Shown here: positions 10,142 to 20,624 of the stretch, piece after piece
How positions within the stretch are numbered: the first letter of the stretch is position 1
Layout of the letters: every line of letters starts with the position of its first letter
Program-made: the position numbers and the translations under genes
Notes under the pieces: generated by a model
What the model saw: only the letters and a program-made list of their open reading frames with translations
Databases searched by the model: none
What the model was told of the DNA's origin: nothing
Assembly (NCBI GenBank): GCA_963708135.1
Contig: OY970192.1
Location: 1,440,001-1,504,000, forward strand
DNA: 64,000 bases
From: an uncultured Gemmatimonadales bacterium
GTDB taxonomy: Bacteria > Gemmatimonadota > Gemmatimonadetes > Longimicrobiales > RSA9
Direction: 5' to 3'

Positions 10142-12187
10142 ATGGCGGCGGACTTCGGGAAGGGCCTGGAAGGGCTGGAGAGCGGGCCGGCGGCGACGCC
10201 GACGGCCGAGGGGGAGCGGGAGACGATCGGCGCGCCGTCGCATCCCTCGATCGTGGCGCTGCGGGAGCGCTTCGACGGCGCGGTGCTGCACTGGGAGGTG
10301 GTGGCGGGCGACGAGCACGTGGTGTTCGTCGATCCGGAGCGGATCCTGGAGATCGCGGGCTGGCTCAAGGAATCGGCGGACCAGCGCTACCGGTTCCTCA
10401 CGGACGTAACGGCGGTGGACTACGGCGGCGGACGGCCGCTACAGGTGGTCTACCAGCTCTGGTCGCAGGAGCATCGGCGGCAGCTGCGCGTGAAAGCGGA
10501 GCTGCCGCTTTCCGCACTGGAGATCGACTCGCTCGTTCCGCTCTGGAACACCGCCAACTGGCTCGAGCGGGAGGTCTACGACCTGTTCGGCATCCGATTC
10601 CGCGGGCACCCGGATCTCAGGCGGATCATGATGCCGGAGAACTACGCGGAGGGGCACCCGCTGCGGAAGGACTTCCCGCTGCGCGGGCGCTTCAGCCGGG
10701 CGGAGCAGACGCGCCGGGCGCTGGCGCTCGAGGTCGAGGACGTCTACAGCCCCTCGGAGCTGGTCTTCCGTCGGCAGGAGGAGGACGAGCCGCCCGCGAC
10801 GGCGGGGGGCACGGCCGGCAGGGTCGATGTGCCGTCCACGCCGGCGGAGGCGGAGGCGGAGGCGGAGAGCGAGGCATCGGCCGCGCAGAGGGGCGCGGCG
10901 CGGGTCGGCGGCGGCACGCGGACGGTCGAGTACGTGGTCGCCGGCACGCCGCAGATGGGGCCGGACGGGCACCCGCGCGCGGTCCCCCTGGTGAGGGCGG
11001 AGACGGAGAATCCGGACCTGCACGGCGAGCACATGCTCATCAACATCGGACCGCAGCATCCCGCGACACACGGAGTGCTGCGCCTGGTGCTCGAGCTGGA
11101 CGGGGAGACGGTGATCCGGTGCGTGCCGCACATCGGCTACCTGCACTCGAGCTTCGAGAAGCTGGGCGAGTACCGGACGTGGAACCAGATCATCCCGCTA
11201 ACGGACCGCATGGACTACCTGGCGCCGCTGATCTACAACTGCGCCTACGCCATGGCGGTCGAGAAGATGATGGGCGTGACGGTGACGGAGCGCTGCAAGG
11301 TGGTGCGCGTCCTCCTGATGGAGCTGGACCGGATCTTCAGCCATCTGCTCTGGGTGGGCACGACCGCGATCGACATCGGCGCCTTCACGGTGTTCCTGTA
11401 CACGTTCCAGGAGCGCGAGCGGATCTACGACCTGCACGAGGCGCTCACGGGCGCGCGGATCACGACGTCCGCCACGCGCATCGGCGGGATGATGGCCGAC
11501 CTCCCGCCGGGGTGGACGGCGGCGCTCGAGCAGTTCCTGGACACGTTCCCGGCCACGCTCGATGAGGTCGACTCGCTGCTGACGAACAACAACCTGTGGA
11601 TCGGCCGCAACCGGGACGTGGGGGTGATCGGGCCCGAGGACGCCGTGAACTACGGGCTCACCGGACCGAACCTGCGGGCGTCCGGCGTCGCCTACGACGT
11701 GCGCAAGGACCGGCCGTATTACGACTACGAGACGTACGACTTCGACGTGCCGGTGGGCGAGCACGGCGACTGCTACGACCGCTACCTGGTGCGGATGGAG
11801 GAGATGCGGCAGAGCGTGGGGATCCTGCGGCAGGCGCTGGAGCGGCTGCCGGACGGCCCGATCAACGTGGACGACCCGCGCGTGATCCTGCCCGACAAGG
11901 ACGACTGCATGTCCGACATGGAGTCCATGATCCACCACTTCAAGGTGGTCATGGAGGGGGTGCCGGCACCGAAGGGGGAGAGCTGGTTCGGCGTGGAGAG
12001 CTCGAAGGGCGAGCTCGGGATGTACGTCGTGAGCGACGGCGGCTCGAAGCCGGTGCGCTGGCGGGTGCGCGGGCCGAGCTTCATCAACCTCTCGGCGCTG
12101 CCGAAGATGGTCGAGGGCGCGCTGCTCTCGGACGTGATCGCCGTGAACGCGAGCATCGACATCGTGCTCGGGGAGATCGACCGATGA
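10142..12187 (+). CDS. nuoCD: Fused NADH-quinone oxidoreductase subunit C/D
   Basis: NuoC (WLEREVYDLFG..HPLRKDFP), linker, NuoD (NIGPQHPATHGVLR..GEIDR) in one 681 aa ORF. Confidence 0.93.
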   Translation: MAADFGKGLEGLESGPAATPTAEGERETIGAPSHPSIVALRERFDGAVLHWEVVAGDEHVVFVDPERILEIAGWLKESADQRYRFLTDVTAVDYGGGRPLQVVYQLWSQEHRRQLRVKAELPLSALEIDSLVPLWNTANWLEREVYDLFGIRFRGHPDLRRIMMPENYAEGHPLRKDFPLRGRFSRAEQTRRALALEVEDVYSPSELVFRRQEEDEPPATAGGTAGRVDVPSTPAEAEAEAESEASAAQRGAARVGGGTRTVEYVVAGTPQMGPDGHPRAVPLVRAETENPDLHGEHMLINIGPQHPATHGVLRLVLELDGETVIRCVPHIGYLHSSFEKLGEYRTWNQIIPLTDRMDYLAPLIYNCAYAMAVEKMMGVTVTERCKVVRVLLMELDRIFSHLLWVGTTAIDIGAFTVFLYTFQERERIYDLHEALTGARITTSATRIGGMMADLPPGWTAALEQFLDTFPATLDEVDSLLTNNNLWIGRNRDVGVIGPEDAVNYGLTGPNLRASGVAYDVRKDRPYYDYETYDFDVPVGEHGDCYDRYLVRMEEMRQSVGILRQALERLPDGPINVDDPRVILPDKDDCMSDMESMIHHFKVVMEGVPAPKGESWFGVESSKGELGMYVVSDGGSKPVRWRVRGPSFINLSALPKMVEGALLSDVIAVNASIDIVLGEIDR

Positions 12188-12942
12188 GCGACGGCGCCGG
12201 GGACACGCCCGCCGCGGCGGGGCCGGAGGCGGGGCGGACGCCGCTTCTCGGCGGCAACCCCGGCTGGGCGGGGGAGCGCGGCGACTTCGAGAGCCTCTCG
12301 GAGGCCGAGATCCGGGGCGACAGCTACGTGGGCGAGCGTCCGCGTGCGGGCGCGGAGGCCGGCGGCGCCTGCTCCTATCCGTACCTCGTCCCCGATGGCG
12401 ATCCGGACGCGCCGCTCTTCGAGGGGGCCTACGAGGAGCGGTTCCGGAAGATCCTCTCGCGCTATCCCGACAGACGGGGGGCGCTGCTGCCGACGCTGAA
12501 CCTCGCGCAGGAGCTGCGCGGCTGGCTCTCGCCGGAGAGCATGGCGCGGGTGGCGGAGCTGCTGGAGCTCTCGCCCGCGTACGTGCGCGGCGTCGTGACC
12601 TTCTACACCATGTACAACAAGCGGCCCGTGGGCCGCTACCTGATCCAGGTGTGCACGAACGTGGCGTGCAACCTGTGCGGCGGCGACGCGGTGCTCGAGG
12701 CGTTTCTCGAGGCCACCGGGCTCGAGCCCGGACAGACGGACGAGGAGGGCCGCTACACGGTGATGGAGGTCGAGTGTCTGGGCGCCTGCGGCTTTCCGAC
12801 CGCCGTGCAGATCAACAGCCGTTACTTCGAGAACGTGCGGCCGGAGGACGTACCCGCCCTCCTGGAGGCGCTCGAGGCGGGGGACTCGACCGTACCCGGT
12901 CGGGCTCCGGCCGGTGGCGCCGCGGCGGGGGAGGGGAGGTAG
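12184..12942 (+). CDS. nuoE: NADH-quinone oxidoreductase subunit E
   Basis: TFYTMY, CTNVAC, CLGAC 2Fe-2S ligands; long N-terminal extension. Confidence 0.92.
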   Translation: MSDGAGDTPAAAGPEAGRTPLLGGNPGWAGERGDFESLSEAEIRGDSYVGERPRAGAEAGGACSYPYLVPDGDPDAPLFEGAYEERFRKILSRYPDRRGALLPTLNLAQELRGWLSPESMARVAELLELSPAYVRGVVTFYTMYNKRPVGRYLIQVCTNVACNLCGGDAVLEAFLEATGLEPGQTDEEGRYTVMEVECLGACGFPTAVQINSRYFENVRPEDVPALLEALEAGDSTVPGRAPAGGAAAGEGR

Positions 12943-12944
12943 CC

Positions 12945-14246
12945 ATGGCGTACCCGTACCGGCACGAGCGCGAGACGCGGGTCCTCTCCGAGTACTTCGG
13001 CGACCCCGAGGCGCGCACCCTCGCCGGCTGGCGCGAGCGGGGCGGCTACGAGGCGCTGCGGAAGGCGCTCGGCATGGAGCGTGGCGCGGTCATCGAGGAG
13101 GTCAAGCAGAGCGGGCTGCGCGGCCGAGGCGGCGCGGGCTTCCCGACAGGCGTGAAGTGGAGCTTCATGCCCAGGGAGCCGAAGGGGCCGCAGTACCTCG
13201 TGATCAACGCGGACGAGTCGGAGCCGGGAGCGTTCAAGGATCGCGAGCTGCTGCGCTGGACGCCGCACCAGCTGGTCGAGGGCGCGCTCATCGGCGCCTA
13301 CGGCATCCAGGCCGCCCACGTCTACATCTACGTGCGCGGCGAGTTCTTCGAGCCCGCCCAGATCGTGGCGCGCGCGATCGAGGAGGCCTACGGCGCCGGG
13401 ATCGCGGGGCGGGACGTCCTGGGTTCGGGCGTCTCGATCGACGTGACGCTGCACGTGGGCGCGGGCGCCTACATCTGCGGCGAGGAGACCGGGCTCATGA
13501 ACTCGCTGGAGGGGCGCCGCGGTCAGCCGCGCATCAAGCCGCCCTTCCCGGCCGCGGTCGGCGCGTTCGGCATGCCGACCACGATCAACAACGTCGAGAC
13601 GCTGTGCGCAGTGCCGCACATCGTGATGAACGGCGCGGCCTGGTACCGCGGCTTCGGCACCGAGAAGAGCCCGGGCACGAAGCTCTACAATGTATCGGGC
13701 CACGTGGTGCGGCGGGGCAACTTCGAGCTGCCGCTGGGATTCCCGCTGAAGGACCTGATCTACGACGTGTGCGGCGGGATCCGGGATGGACGCGAGCTGA
13801 AGGCGGTGATCCCCGGAGGCAGCTCCGTGCCGATCCTGGCCGCGGAGGAGTGCGACATCCCGCTCGACTACGAGAGCGTGGTGAAGGCGGGGAGCATGCT
13901 GGGGACGGCCTCGGTGATCGTGATGGACGATCGCACGTGCATCCTGAAGCAGGTGCGTCGCATGGTGGAGTTCTACGCCCACGAGTCGTGCGGCCAGTGC
14001 ACGCCGTGCCGGGAGGGCACGGAATGGCTGGCCAAGATCCTCCGGCGGATCGAGCGGGGGGAGGGCACGGAGTCGGACCTGGACCAGCTGCTGGACCTGG
14101 GCAGGAACATGACCGGGACGACGATCTGCGTGCTGAGCGACTCGGCGGCGGCGCCGATCGCGAGCTCGATCCAGAAATTCCGGGACGAATACCTCTCCCA
14201 TATCCACGATGGGGTTTGTTCCGCCGCCGCGCCGGCGGCCGTCTGA
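12945..14246 (+). CDS. nuoF: NADH-quinone oxidoreductase subunit F
   Basis: GRGGAGFPTG, NADESEPG, GAGAYICGEET, ESCGQCTPCREG. Confidence 0.96.
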   Translation: MAYPYRHERETRVLSEYFGDPEARTLAGWRERGGYEALRKALGMERGAVIEEVKQSGLRGRGGAGFPTGVKWSFMPREPKGPQYLVINADESEPGAFKDRELLRWTPHQLVEGALIGAYGIQAAHVYIYVRGEFFEPAQIVARAIEEAYGAGIAGRDVLGSGVSIDVTLHVGAGAYICGEETGLMNSLEGRRGQPRIKPPFPAAVGAFGMPTTINNVETLCAVPHIVMNGAAWYRGFGTEKSPGTKLYNVSGHVVRRGNFELPLGFPLKDLIYDVCGGIRDGRELKAVIPGGSSVPILAAEECDIPLDYESVVKAGSMLGTASVIVMDDRTCILKQVRRMVEFYAHESCGQCTPCREGTEWLAKILRRIERGEGTESDLDQLLDLGRNMTGTTICVLSDSAAAPIASSIQKFRDEYLSHIHDGVCSAAAPAAV

Positions 14247-14259
14247 GGTGACAGGATCC

Positions 14260-15945
14260 ATGGCGAACGAGCAGAGCGAAGCGGTCACCTGCACCATCAA
14301 CGGGGTCGAGATCTCGGTCCCGAAGGGGACGCGGATCATCGAGGCGGCCGAGATGGCGGGAATCGGCATCGCCAACTACTGCTACCATCCCGGCCTGTCG
14401 GCGCCGGCGATGTGCCGGATGTGCCTGGTGGAGGTGGAGGGCGCGCCGAAGCTCCAGCCGGCCTGCGTCACGCCCGTGGCGCAGGGGCAGGTGGTCAACA
14501 CCGAGAGCGACCGGGCGCGGGAGGCGCGGGAGGGCAACCTCGAGTTCTACCTGTTGAACCACCCGCTCGACTGCCCGATCTGCGACAAGTCCGGCGAGTG
14601 CAAGCTGCAGGACTTCTCGCACCAGGAGGGGCGCAGGCACGGGCGCAGCAAGGAGGCCAAGCGGGTCCTCAACCAGGACGACTTCGGCGGGCAGGTGCTC
14701 TACGAGGGCGACCGCTGCATCATGTGCACGCGCTGCGTGCGCTTCATGCGCGAGATCGCCGGAAACGACGCCCTGTGCGTGGTGCAGCGAGGTAGCCGCT
14801 CGGTGATCGACACCTTCTTCGACGACGGTCTGGGCGGCGATCTCTGGGCCTCCAACATCATCGACATCTGTCCGGTGGGTGCGCTGCTTTCGAAGGACTT
14901 CCTGCATAAGGCGCGGGTCTGGGACCTGGACAGGGCGCCGTCGATCTGCCCCAATTGCTCGCAGGGCTGCAACATCACCATCCAGTCGCGCGACAACCTG
15001 GCGATGCGGCTGCGGCCGCGCGCGAACCCGGATGTGAACTCGTACTGGATGTGCGACTACGGCCGCTACCGCTATGAGTGGCTGAACATCACCAACAGGC
15101 CGATGACCGCGGCGGCGGCCGAGGCCGTGGGGGGCGGCCTCAACCTGGCCGGCCGGATCGAGCAGCCGCGCATGCGCGACGCGCAGGGACGGCTGCTGGC
15201 GACGACCTGGCAGGAAGCGGTGCTGGCGCTCGTCGAGCGGCTGAAGGACGCGCGCGAGGCGGGCCGCGCCGCCGTCGCCGTCGGCTCCCCGTTCCATGGC
15301 AACGAGGACGCCGGGCTGCTCTCCCGCCTGATCCACGTGCTGGGCAACGGCGAGGCGGTCTACCGCTCGGCCCGAACGGCCGACGAGGTGGCCTGCCCCG
15401 GGTTCCCGCGCCTCGCCCGGCGGCGTGACCTGGCCGCCAACGTGCGCGGGCTCGAGGCGCTCGGATATCGCCGCACCAGCGACGACGCCGCGGCGGGCGG
15501 CCTGGAGGGCCTCGGTCCGGCCGGCAAGGTGCTGCTCGTCCTCGGGGATGCGCTCACGGACCAGGGCGAGGACTTCGGCAGGGACGCCTCGCTGTTCGCT
15601 TACCTTGGCACGGAGTGGACGCCCGCCGCGGCGAACGCGGACTTCGTCCTGCCGGTCACGACCTTCGCCGAGCAGGAGGGCACCTTCACCAATCACGAGG
15701 GCCGGGTGCAGCGCTTCTGGCCGGCCCTGCAGCCGGTCCCGCTGGCACGCCCCGCGTGGCAGGTGCTCGGCGTGGTGCTCGCGGGGCTGGAGGACGGGGC
15801 GGCGCCCGCGAACGCCGGGAGCGCGTTCCTGCGCGTGGCGGAGCTCTACGACGCGTTCGGCGGCCTCAGCTACGCGCAGCTCGGGACGCGTGGCGCGCTC
15901 CTCAATGAGCCGGTGCGGGTGACGGGCGGCGGGGGGGCCTCGTGA
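14260..15945 (+). CDS. nuoG: NADH-quinone oxidoreductase subunit G (short form)
   Basis: CYHP..CRMC, HPLDCPICD, CIMCTRC, CPNCSQGC..C motifs. Confidence 0.93.
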   Translation: MANEQSEAVTCTINGVEISVPKGTRIIEAAEMAGIGIANYCYHPGLSAPAMCRMCLVEVEGAPKLQPACVTPVAQGQVVNTESDRAREAREGNLEFYLLNHPLDCPICDKSGECKLQDFSHQEGRRHGRSKEAKRVLNQDDFGGQVLYEGDRCIMCTRCVRFMREIAGNDALCVVQRGSRSVIDTFFDDGLGGDLWASNIIDICPVGALLSKDFLHKARVWDLDRAPSICPNCSQGCNITIQSRDNLAMRLRPRANPDVNSYWMCDYGRYRYEWLNITNRPMTAAAAEAVGGGLNLAGRIEQPRMRDAQGRLLATTWQEAVLALVERLKDAREAGRAAVAVGSPFHGNEDAGLLSRLIHVLGNGEAVYRSARTADEVACPGFPRLARRRDLAANVRGLEALGYRRTSDDAAAGGLEGLGPAGKVLLVLGDALTDQGEDFGRDASLFAYLGTEWTPAAANADFVLPVTTFAEQEGTFTNHEGRVQRFWPALQPVPLARPAWQVLGVVLAGLEDGAAPANAGSAFLRVAELYDAFGGLSYAQLGTRGALLNEPVRVTGGGGAS

Positions 15946-17237
15946 TGGAGCACCAGGTGCAGGCCCTCTCCCAGACCGCCTACGTCATCATCTCGCTGGT
16001 CAAGGTGGTGGTGATCTTCGGGGTGGTGATGGTGATCGTGGCCTTCCTGACGCTGCTCGAGCGCTGGATCTCGGCCTGGATCCAGGACCGCCTCGGGCCG
16101 AACCGGGTGGGGCCGCGCGGGCTGTTCCAGCCGCTGGCCGACGGGCTCAAGAACATCCTGAAGGAGGAGACCTACCCGGCGCAAGCCTCGCGCGTCTTCT
16201 TCGTCCTGGCGCCGATGCTCTCGATCATCCCGGCGCTGATCACGTTCGGCGTGATCCCGTTCGCTTCGCCGCTGCCCACGCGCTGGGGGCTGGTCGACAT
16301 GATCGTGGCCAACGTGCCGATCGGGATCCTCTTCATCCTGGCGTTCACCGGGATGGGTGTCTACGGGATCGTGATGGCCGGCTGGTCCTCCAACAACAAG
16401 TACGCGTTCCTCGGCGGCCTGCGTGCGAGCGCGCAGATGGTCAGCTACGAGGTGGGGCTGGGGATGAGCCTCATCCCCGTCTTCATGCTCGCGGGCGACG
16501 TGACGCTGCCGCGGATCGTCTGGGAGCAGCAGCAGGGCCTGGGGCTGTGGTTCGCCCTCCCGCTGGGGCTGGCGTTCTTCTTCTTCATCGTCTCGGCGTT
16601 CGCGGAGACGAACCGGCTGCCGTTCGACCTGCCGGAGGCGGAATCGGAGCTGGTGACCGGCTACCACACCGAGTACTCGTCGATGAAGTTCAGCATGTTC
16701 TTCATCGCGGAGTACTCGAACATGCTGACGGCCTCGGCGCTCATGGCCACGCTCTTCCTGGGCGGCTGGGACATCCCGTTCTGGAGCGGCGACAACATGT
16801 TCGTGGCCGCCAACGGCGTGGTGCTGGGAGCGATGCCGGCGTGGTGGAAGACGATCCTGACATTCCTCGCGTTCGCCGTCAAGACGGGCTTCTTCATCTT
16901 CCTCTTCATGTGGGTGCGCTGGACGGTTCCGAGGTTCCGCTATGACCAGGTGATGCACCTCGGCTGGAAGGTGCTCCTGCCATCGGCGCTCGGCTTCATC
17001 GCCCTCATGGGCACCAGCATCCTGGTGCTGGACTCGATCGGGATTCCCTACGGGATCTGGTACGGTCTGATCCTGACCGGGGTCAACCTGGTGGCGTGCG
17101 GGTTGTTCTTCTGGGTGCTGGACCGCGACCGGGTGATCAGCGGCGCGGCAGCGCACGAGCGGCTGGAGACGCTGGACACGCGGGAGGCGGAGCCGGCGGT
17201 GGTGGTCGAGGAGCGTGACTACGAGCCGGTGGGCTGA
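15942..17237 (+). CDS. nuoH: NADH-quinone oxidoreductase subunit H
   Basis: RLGPNRVG, QPLADGLK, NRLPFDLPEAESELV, PRFRYDQ. Confidence 0.96.
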   Translation: MMEHQVQALSQTAYVIISLVKVVVIFGVVMVIVAFLTLLERWISAWIQDRLGPNRVGPRGLFQPLADGLKNILKEETYPAQASRVFFVLAPMLSIIPALITFGVIPFASPLPTRWGLVDMIVANVPIGILFILAFTGMGVYGIVMAGWSSNNKYAFLGGLRASAQMVSYEVGLGMSLIPVFMLAGDVTLPRIVWEQQQGLGLWFALPLGLAFFFFIVSAFAETNRLPFDLPEAESELVTGYHTEYSSMKFSMFFIAEYSNMLTASALMATLFLGGWDIPFWSGDNMFVAANGVVLGAMPAWWKTILTFLAFAVKTGFFIFLFMWVRWTVPRFRYDQVMHLGWKVLLPSALGFIALMGTSILVLDSIGIPYGIWYGLILTGVNLVACGLFFWVLDRDRVISGAAAHERLETLDTREAEPAVVVEERDYEPVG

Positions 17238-17278
17238 GGCGGCGGAATCCGCGCGCGGGCTGAATCGAAGGAGATGGG

Positions 17279-17772
17279 ATGGCGATCGGGACAAAGCTAA
17301 TGAAACGGCCGGTGGGCACGACCTCCTACCTGCGCGCGACGCTGAAGGGGATGTCGCTCACGTTCCGCCATCTGGTGAACCCGCGGAAGGTCACGCTGCA
17401 GTATCCGGATGTGAAGCCGGAGCTGGCGCCCCGCTGGCGGGGCACGCACCGGATGGCGGTGCACGCCGACGGGCGGCCGAAGTGCGTGGCCTGCGGCCTG
17501 TGCCCGACGATTTGCCCGTCCAACTGCATCCGCCTGGTGCCGGGCGAGGACGACCAGGGCAACCGCTACCCGGTGGTCTACGAGATCGACGAGTTCCGCT
17601 GCATCTTCTGCGGCATGTGCCAGGAGGTCTGTCCCGTGGAGGCGATCCACGTGGGACAGGACTACGAGAACTCGGAGTACACGCGCGAGCGCTTCGTCTA
17701 CGACCTGGACCGGCTGATGGCGCAGGACCATCCGGTCACGATGCTGTGGGACCCGGAGGACCCGGCGGGCCA

Positions 17773-17776
<4 letters not shown>
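17279..17776 (+). CDS. nuoI: NADH-quinone oxidoreductase subunit I
   Basis: Two CxxCxxCxxxCP motifs. Confidence 0.96.
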
Positions 17777-18285
<509 letters not shown>

Positions 18286-18287
18286 GG

Positions 18288-18581
18288 GTGGTCACATTGT
18301 CGCTGGTGCTGGCCTCGATCCTGTTCGCGATCGGCGTGTTCGGCGTGCTGATCCGCCGCAACGCGATCATCCTCTTCATGTGCGTGGAGCTCATGCTGAA
18401 TGCGGCGAACCTCGCGTTCGTGGCGCTCTCGCGCGAGGTGGGGATCGAGGGGCAGGTGTTCGTCTTCTTCGTCATGACGGTGGCGGCGGCCGAGGCGGCC
18501 GTGGGGCTGGCCATCGTGATCTCGATCTTCCGGCACGCCGAGACGGTGGACATGAAGAACTTCAACCTGCTGCGGTGGTAG
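18288..18581 (+). CDS. nuoK: NADH-quinone oxidoreductase subunit K
   Basis: [19 protein letters not shown]. Confidence 0.96.
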   Translation: MVTLSLVLASILFAIGVFGVLIRRNAIILFMCVELMLNAANLAFVALSREVGIEGQVFVFFVMTVAAAEAAVGLAIVISIFRHAETVDMKNFNLLRW

Positions 18582-18582
18582 C

Positions 18583-20610
18583 GTGACCAGCTTCGAGCCG
18601 ACGCTCCTCTGGCTTGTCGTCCTGCTGCCGCTGGCCGGCTTCGTGGTGAACGGGCTCAGCGCGTACGTGGCGCCGGAGCGGAAGTGGATCCCGTCCTGGA
18701 TCGGGCCGGGCGTGGTGCTGGCCGCCTTCATCCTGGCGGTGGTGAACTTCTTCCGGATGCTCGGAGTGGAGGGGGCGGCGCCGGCGATCGTGCACGGGTT
18801 CATGTGGCTGCCGGTGGGCTCGCTCCAGCTGGACGCGTCGCTCCAGCTGGACCAGCTCTCGATGCTCATGACGCTGATCGTCACGGGCGTGGGCTTCCTG
18901 ATCCACGTCTACAGCGTCGGCTACATGAAGGCGGACCGCGGCTACGCCCGCTACTTCGCCTACATCAACCTGTTCATCTTCTTCATGCTGCTGCTGGTGC
19001 TCGGCTCCAGCTTCCCGGTCATGTTCGTGGGCTGGGAGGGCGTCGGGCTGTGCAGCTACCTGCTGATCGGCTTCTGGTTCACGGAGAAGGCCAACGCCGA
19101 CGCGGGCAAGAAGGCGTTCGTCGTGAACCGCATCGGCGACTTCGGCTTCCTCGTCGCCATGCTCATGATCTTCGCCAACACCGGCGCGCTCGATTTCGCG
19201 ACGGTGTTCGACGCCGCGCCCACCGCGTTCCACTACGCGGGCCCCGTGGTCACGTTCATCACGCTCTTCCTCTTCCTCGGTGCGACGGGGAAGAGCGCGC
19301 AGATCCCCCTCTACATCTGGCTGCCGGACGCGATGGCGGGCCCGACGCCGGTCAGCGCCCTGATCCACGCGGCCACGATGGTGACGGCCGGGGTCTACAT
19401 GGTGGCGCGCACGAGCGTGCTGTTCTCGCTGGCGCCGCTGTCGATGGTGGTGGTGGCCGGGATCGGCGCGCTGACGGCGCTTTTTGCCGCCACGATCGGG
19501 CTCGCCCAGTACGACATCAAGAAGGTGCTCGCCTACTCCACCGTCTCGCAGCTCGGCTACATGTTCATCGGCGTGGGCGTGGGCGCGTTCTCGGCCGGAA
19601 TCTTCCACCTCATGACGCACGCCTTCTTCAAGGCGCTCCTCTTCCTCGGCTCGGGCGCGGTCATCCACGCCATGCACGAGGCGCTGCACCACACGCACTC
19701 GAAGTGGGACGCGCAGGACATGCGCAACATGGGCGGGCTGCGGAAATACCTGCCCGTGACCTGGGTGACGATGTGGGTGGCGACGCTGGCGATCTCGGGC
19801 GTCTGGCCCTTTGCCGGTTTCTTCTCGAAGGACGAGATCATCTGGCAGGCTGGCGCTCGGGCGGTCGGGCCGTTCAAGGCCTGGTTCACGATCTTCTGGA
19901 TCATGGCGCTGGTGGCGGCGATCCTGACGGCGTTCTACATGACCCGGCTCATGATCGTGACGTTCCACGGGCGCACGCGGTTGGGCGAGGACGAGCGCCA
20001 CCACATCCACGAGGTGCCGTGGACGATGACCGTGCCGCTGGTGGTGCTGGCCGTGCTCTCGGTCGTGGGTGGCTGGATCAACGTGCCGGAGGGGATCGCG
20101 CGGCTGCCGATTTTGGGCTGGATCCCGCACACCGAGTGGATCCACGACTGGCTGAGCCCCGTGACGCGGGTGGCGGACAACATCTTCGCCGCACACGTGG
20201 GCACGGTGGCGGAGGCGGCGCCCTTCGGCGGTGGGGAGGCGATGTGGGGCGCGATCTCGTTCGCGATCGCGGTGGCCGTGATCGCCATCGGCGCGTCCGT
20301 GATCGTGCGCTGGGAGTACCGGCCGGCGCTGGAGTCGCTGGAACCGAAGGGGATCAAGCGGCTGCTCTACCGGAAGTGGTACATCGACGAGGTCTACGAT
20401 GCGCTGGTCGTGCGGCCGCTCGTCGCCACGTCCCGCTTCTTCTGGCGGGTCATCGACCAGGGGATCGTGGACGGCGCGGTGAACGGCGCCGGGCAGCTGG
20501 CCCGCGGCTTCGGCTGGATCGGCTCGCGCCTGGAGACGGGGCAGCTCAACACGTACGCGTTCGGGGTCGTGATCGGGGTGCTGATCCTGCTCGGCCTCGT
20601 GCTCCTCTGA
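18583..20610 (+). CDS. nuoL: NADH-quinone oxidoreductase subunit L
   Basis: GKSAQIP, WLPDAMAGPTPVSALIHAATMV, HAFFKALLF. Confidence 0.96.
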   Translation: MTSFEPTLLWLVVLLPLAGFVVNGLSAYVAPERKWIPSWIGPGVVLAAFILAVVNFFRMLGVEGAAPAIVHGFMWLPVGSLQLDASLQLDQLSMLMTLIVTGVGFLIHVYSVGYMKADRGYARYFAYINLFIFFMLLLVLGSSFPVMFVGWEGVGLCSYLLIGFWFTEKANADAGKKAFVVNRIGDFGFLVAMLMIFANTGALDFATVFDAAPTAFHYAGPVVTFITLFLFLGATGKSAQIPLYIWLPDAMAGPTPVSALIHAATMVTAGVYMVARTSVLFSLAPLSMVVVAGIGALTALFAATIGLAQYDIKKVLAYSTVSQLGYMFIGVGVGAFSAGIFHLMTHAFFKALLFLGSGAVIHAMHEALHHTHSKWDAQDMRNMGGLRKYLPVTWVTMWVATLAISGVWPFAGFFSKDEIIWQAGARAVGPFKAWFTIFWIMALVAAILTAFYMTRLMIVTFHGRTRLGEDERHHIHEVPWTMTVPLVVLAVLSVVGGWINVPEGIARLPILGWIPHTEWIHDWLSPVTRVADNIFAAHVGTVAEAAPFGGGEAMWGAISFAIAVAVIAIGASVIVRWEYRPALESLEPKGIKRLLYRKWYIDEVYDALVVRPLVATSRFFWRVIDQGIVDGAVNGAGQLARGFGWIGSRLETGQLNTYAFGVVIGVLILLGLVLL

Positions 20611-20624
20611 GAAGGGGATAATCC

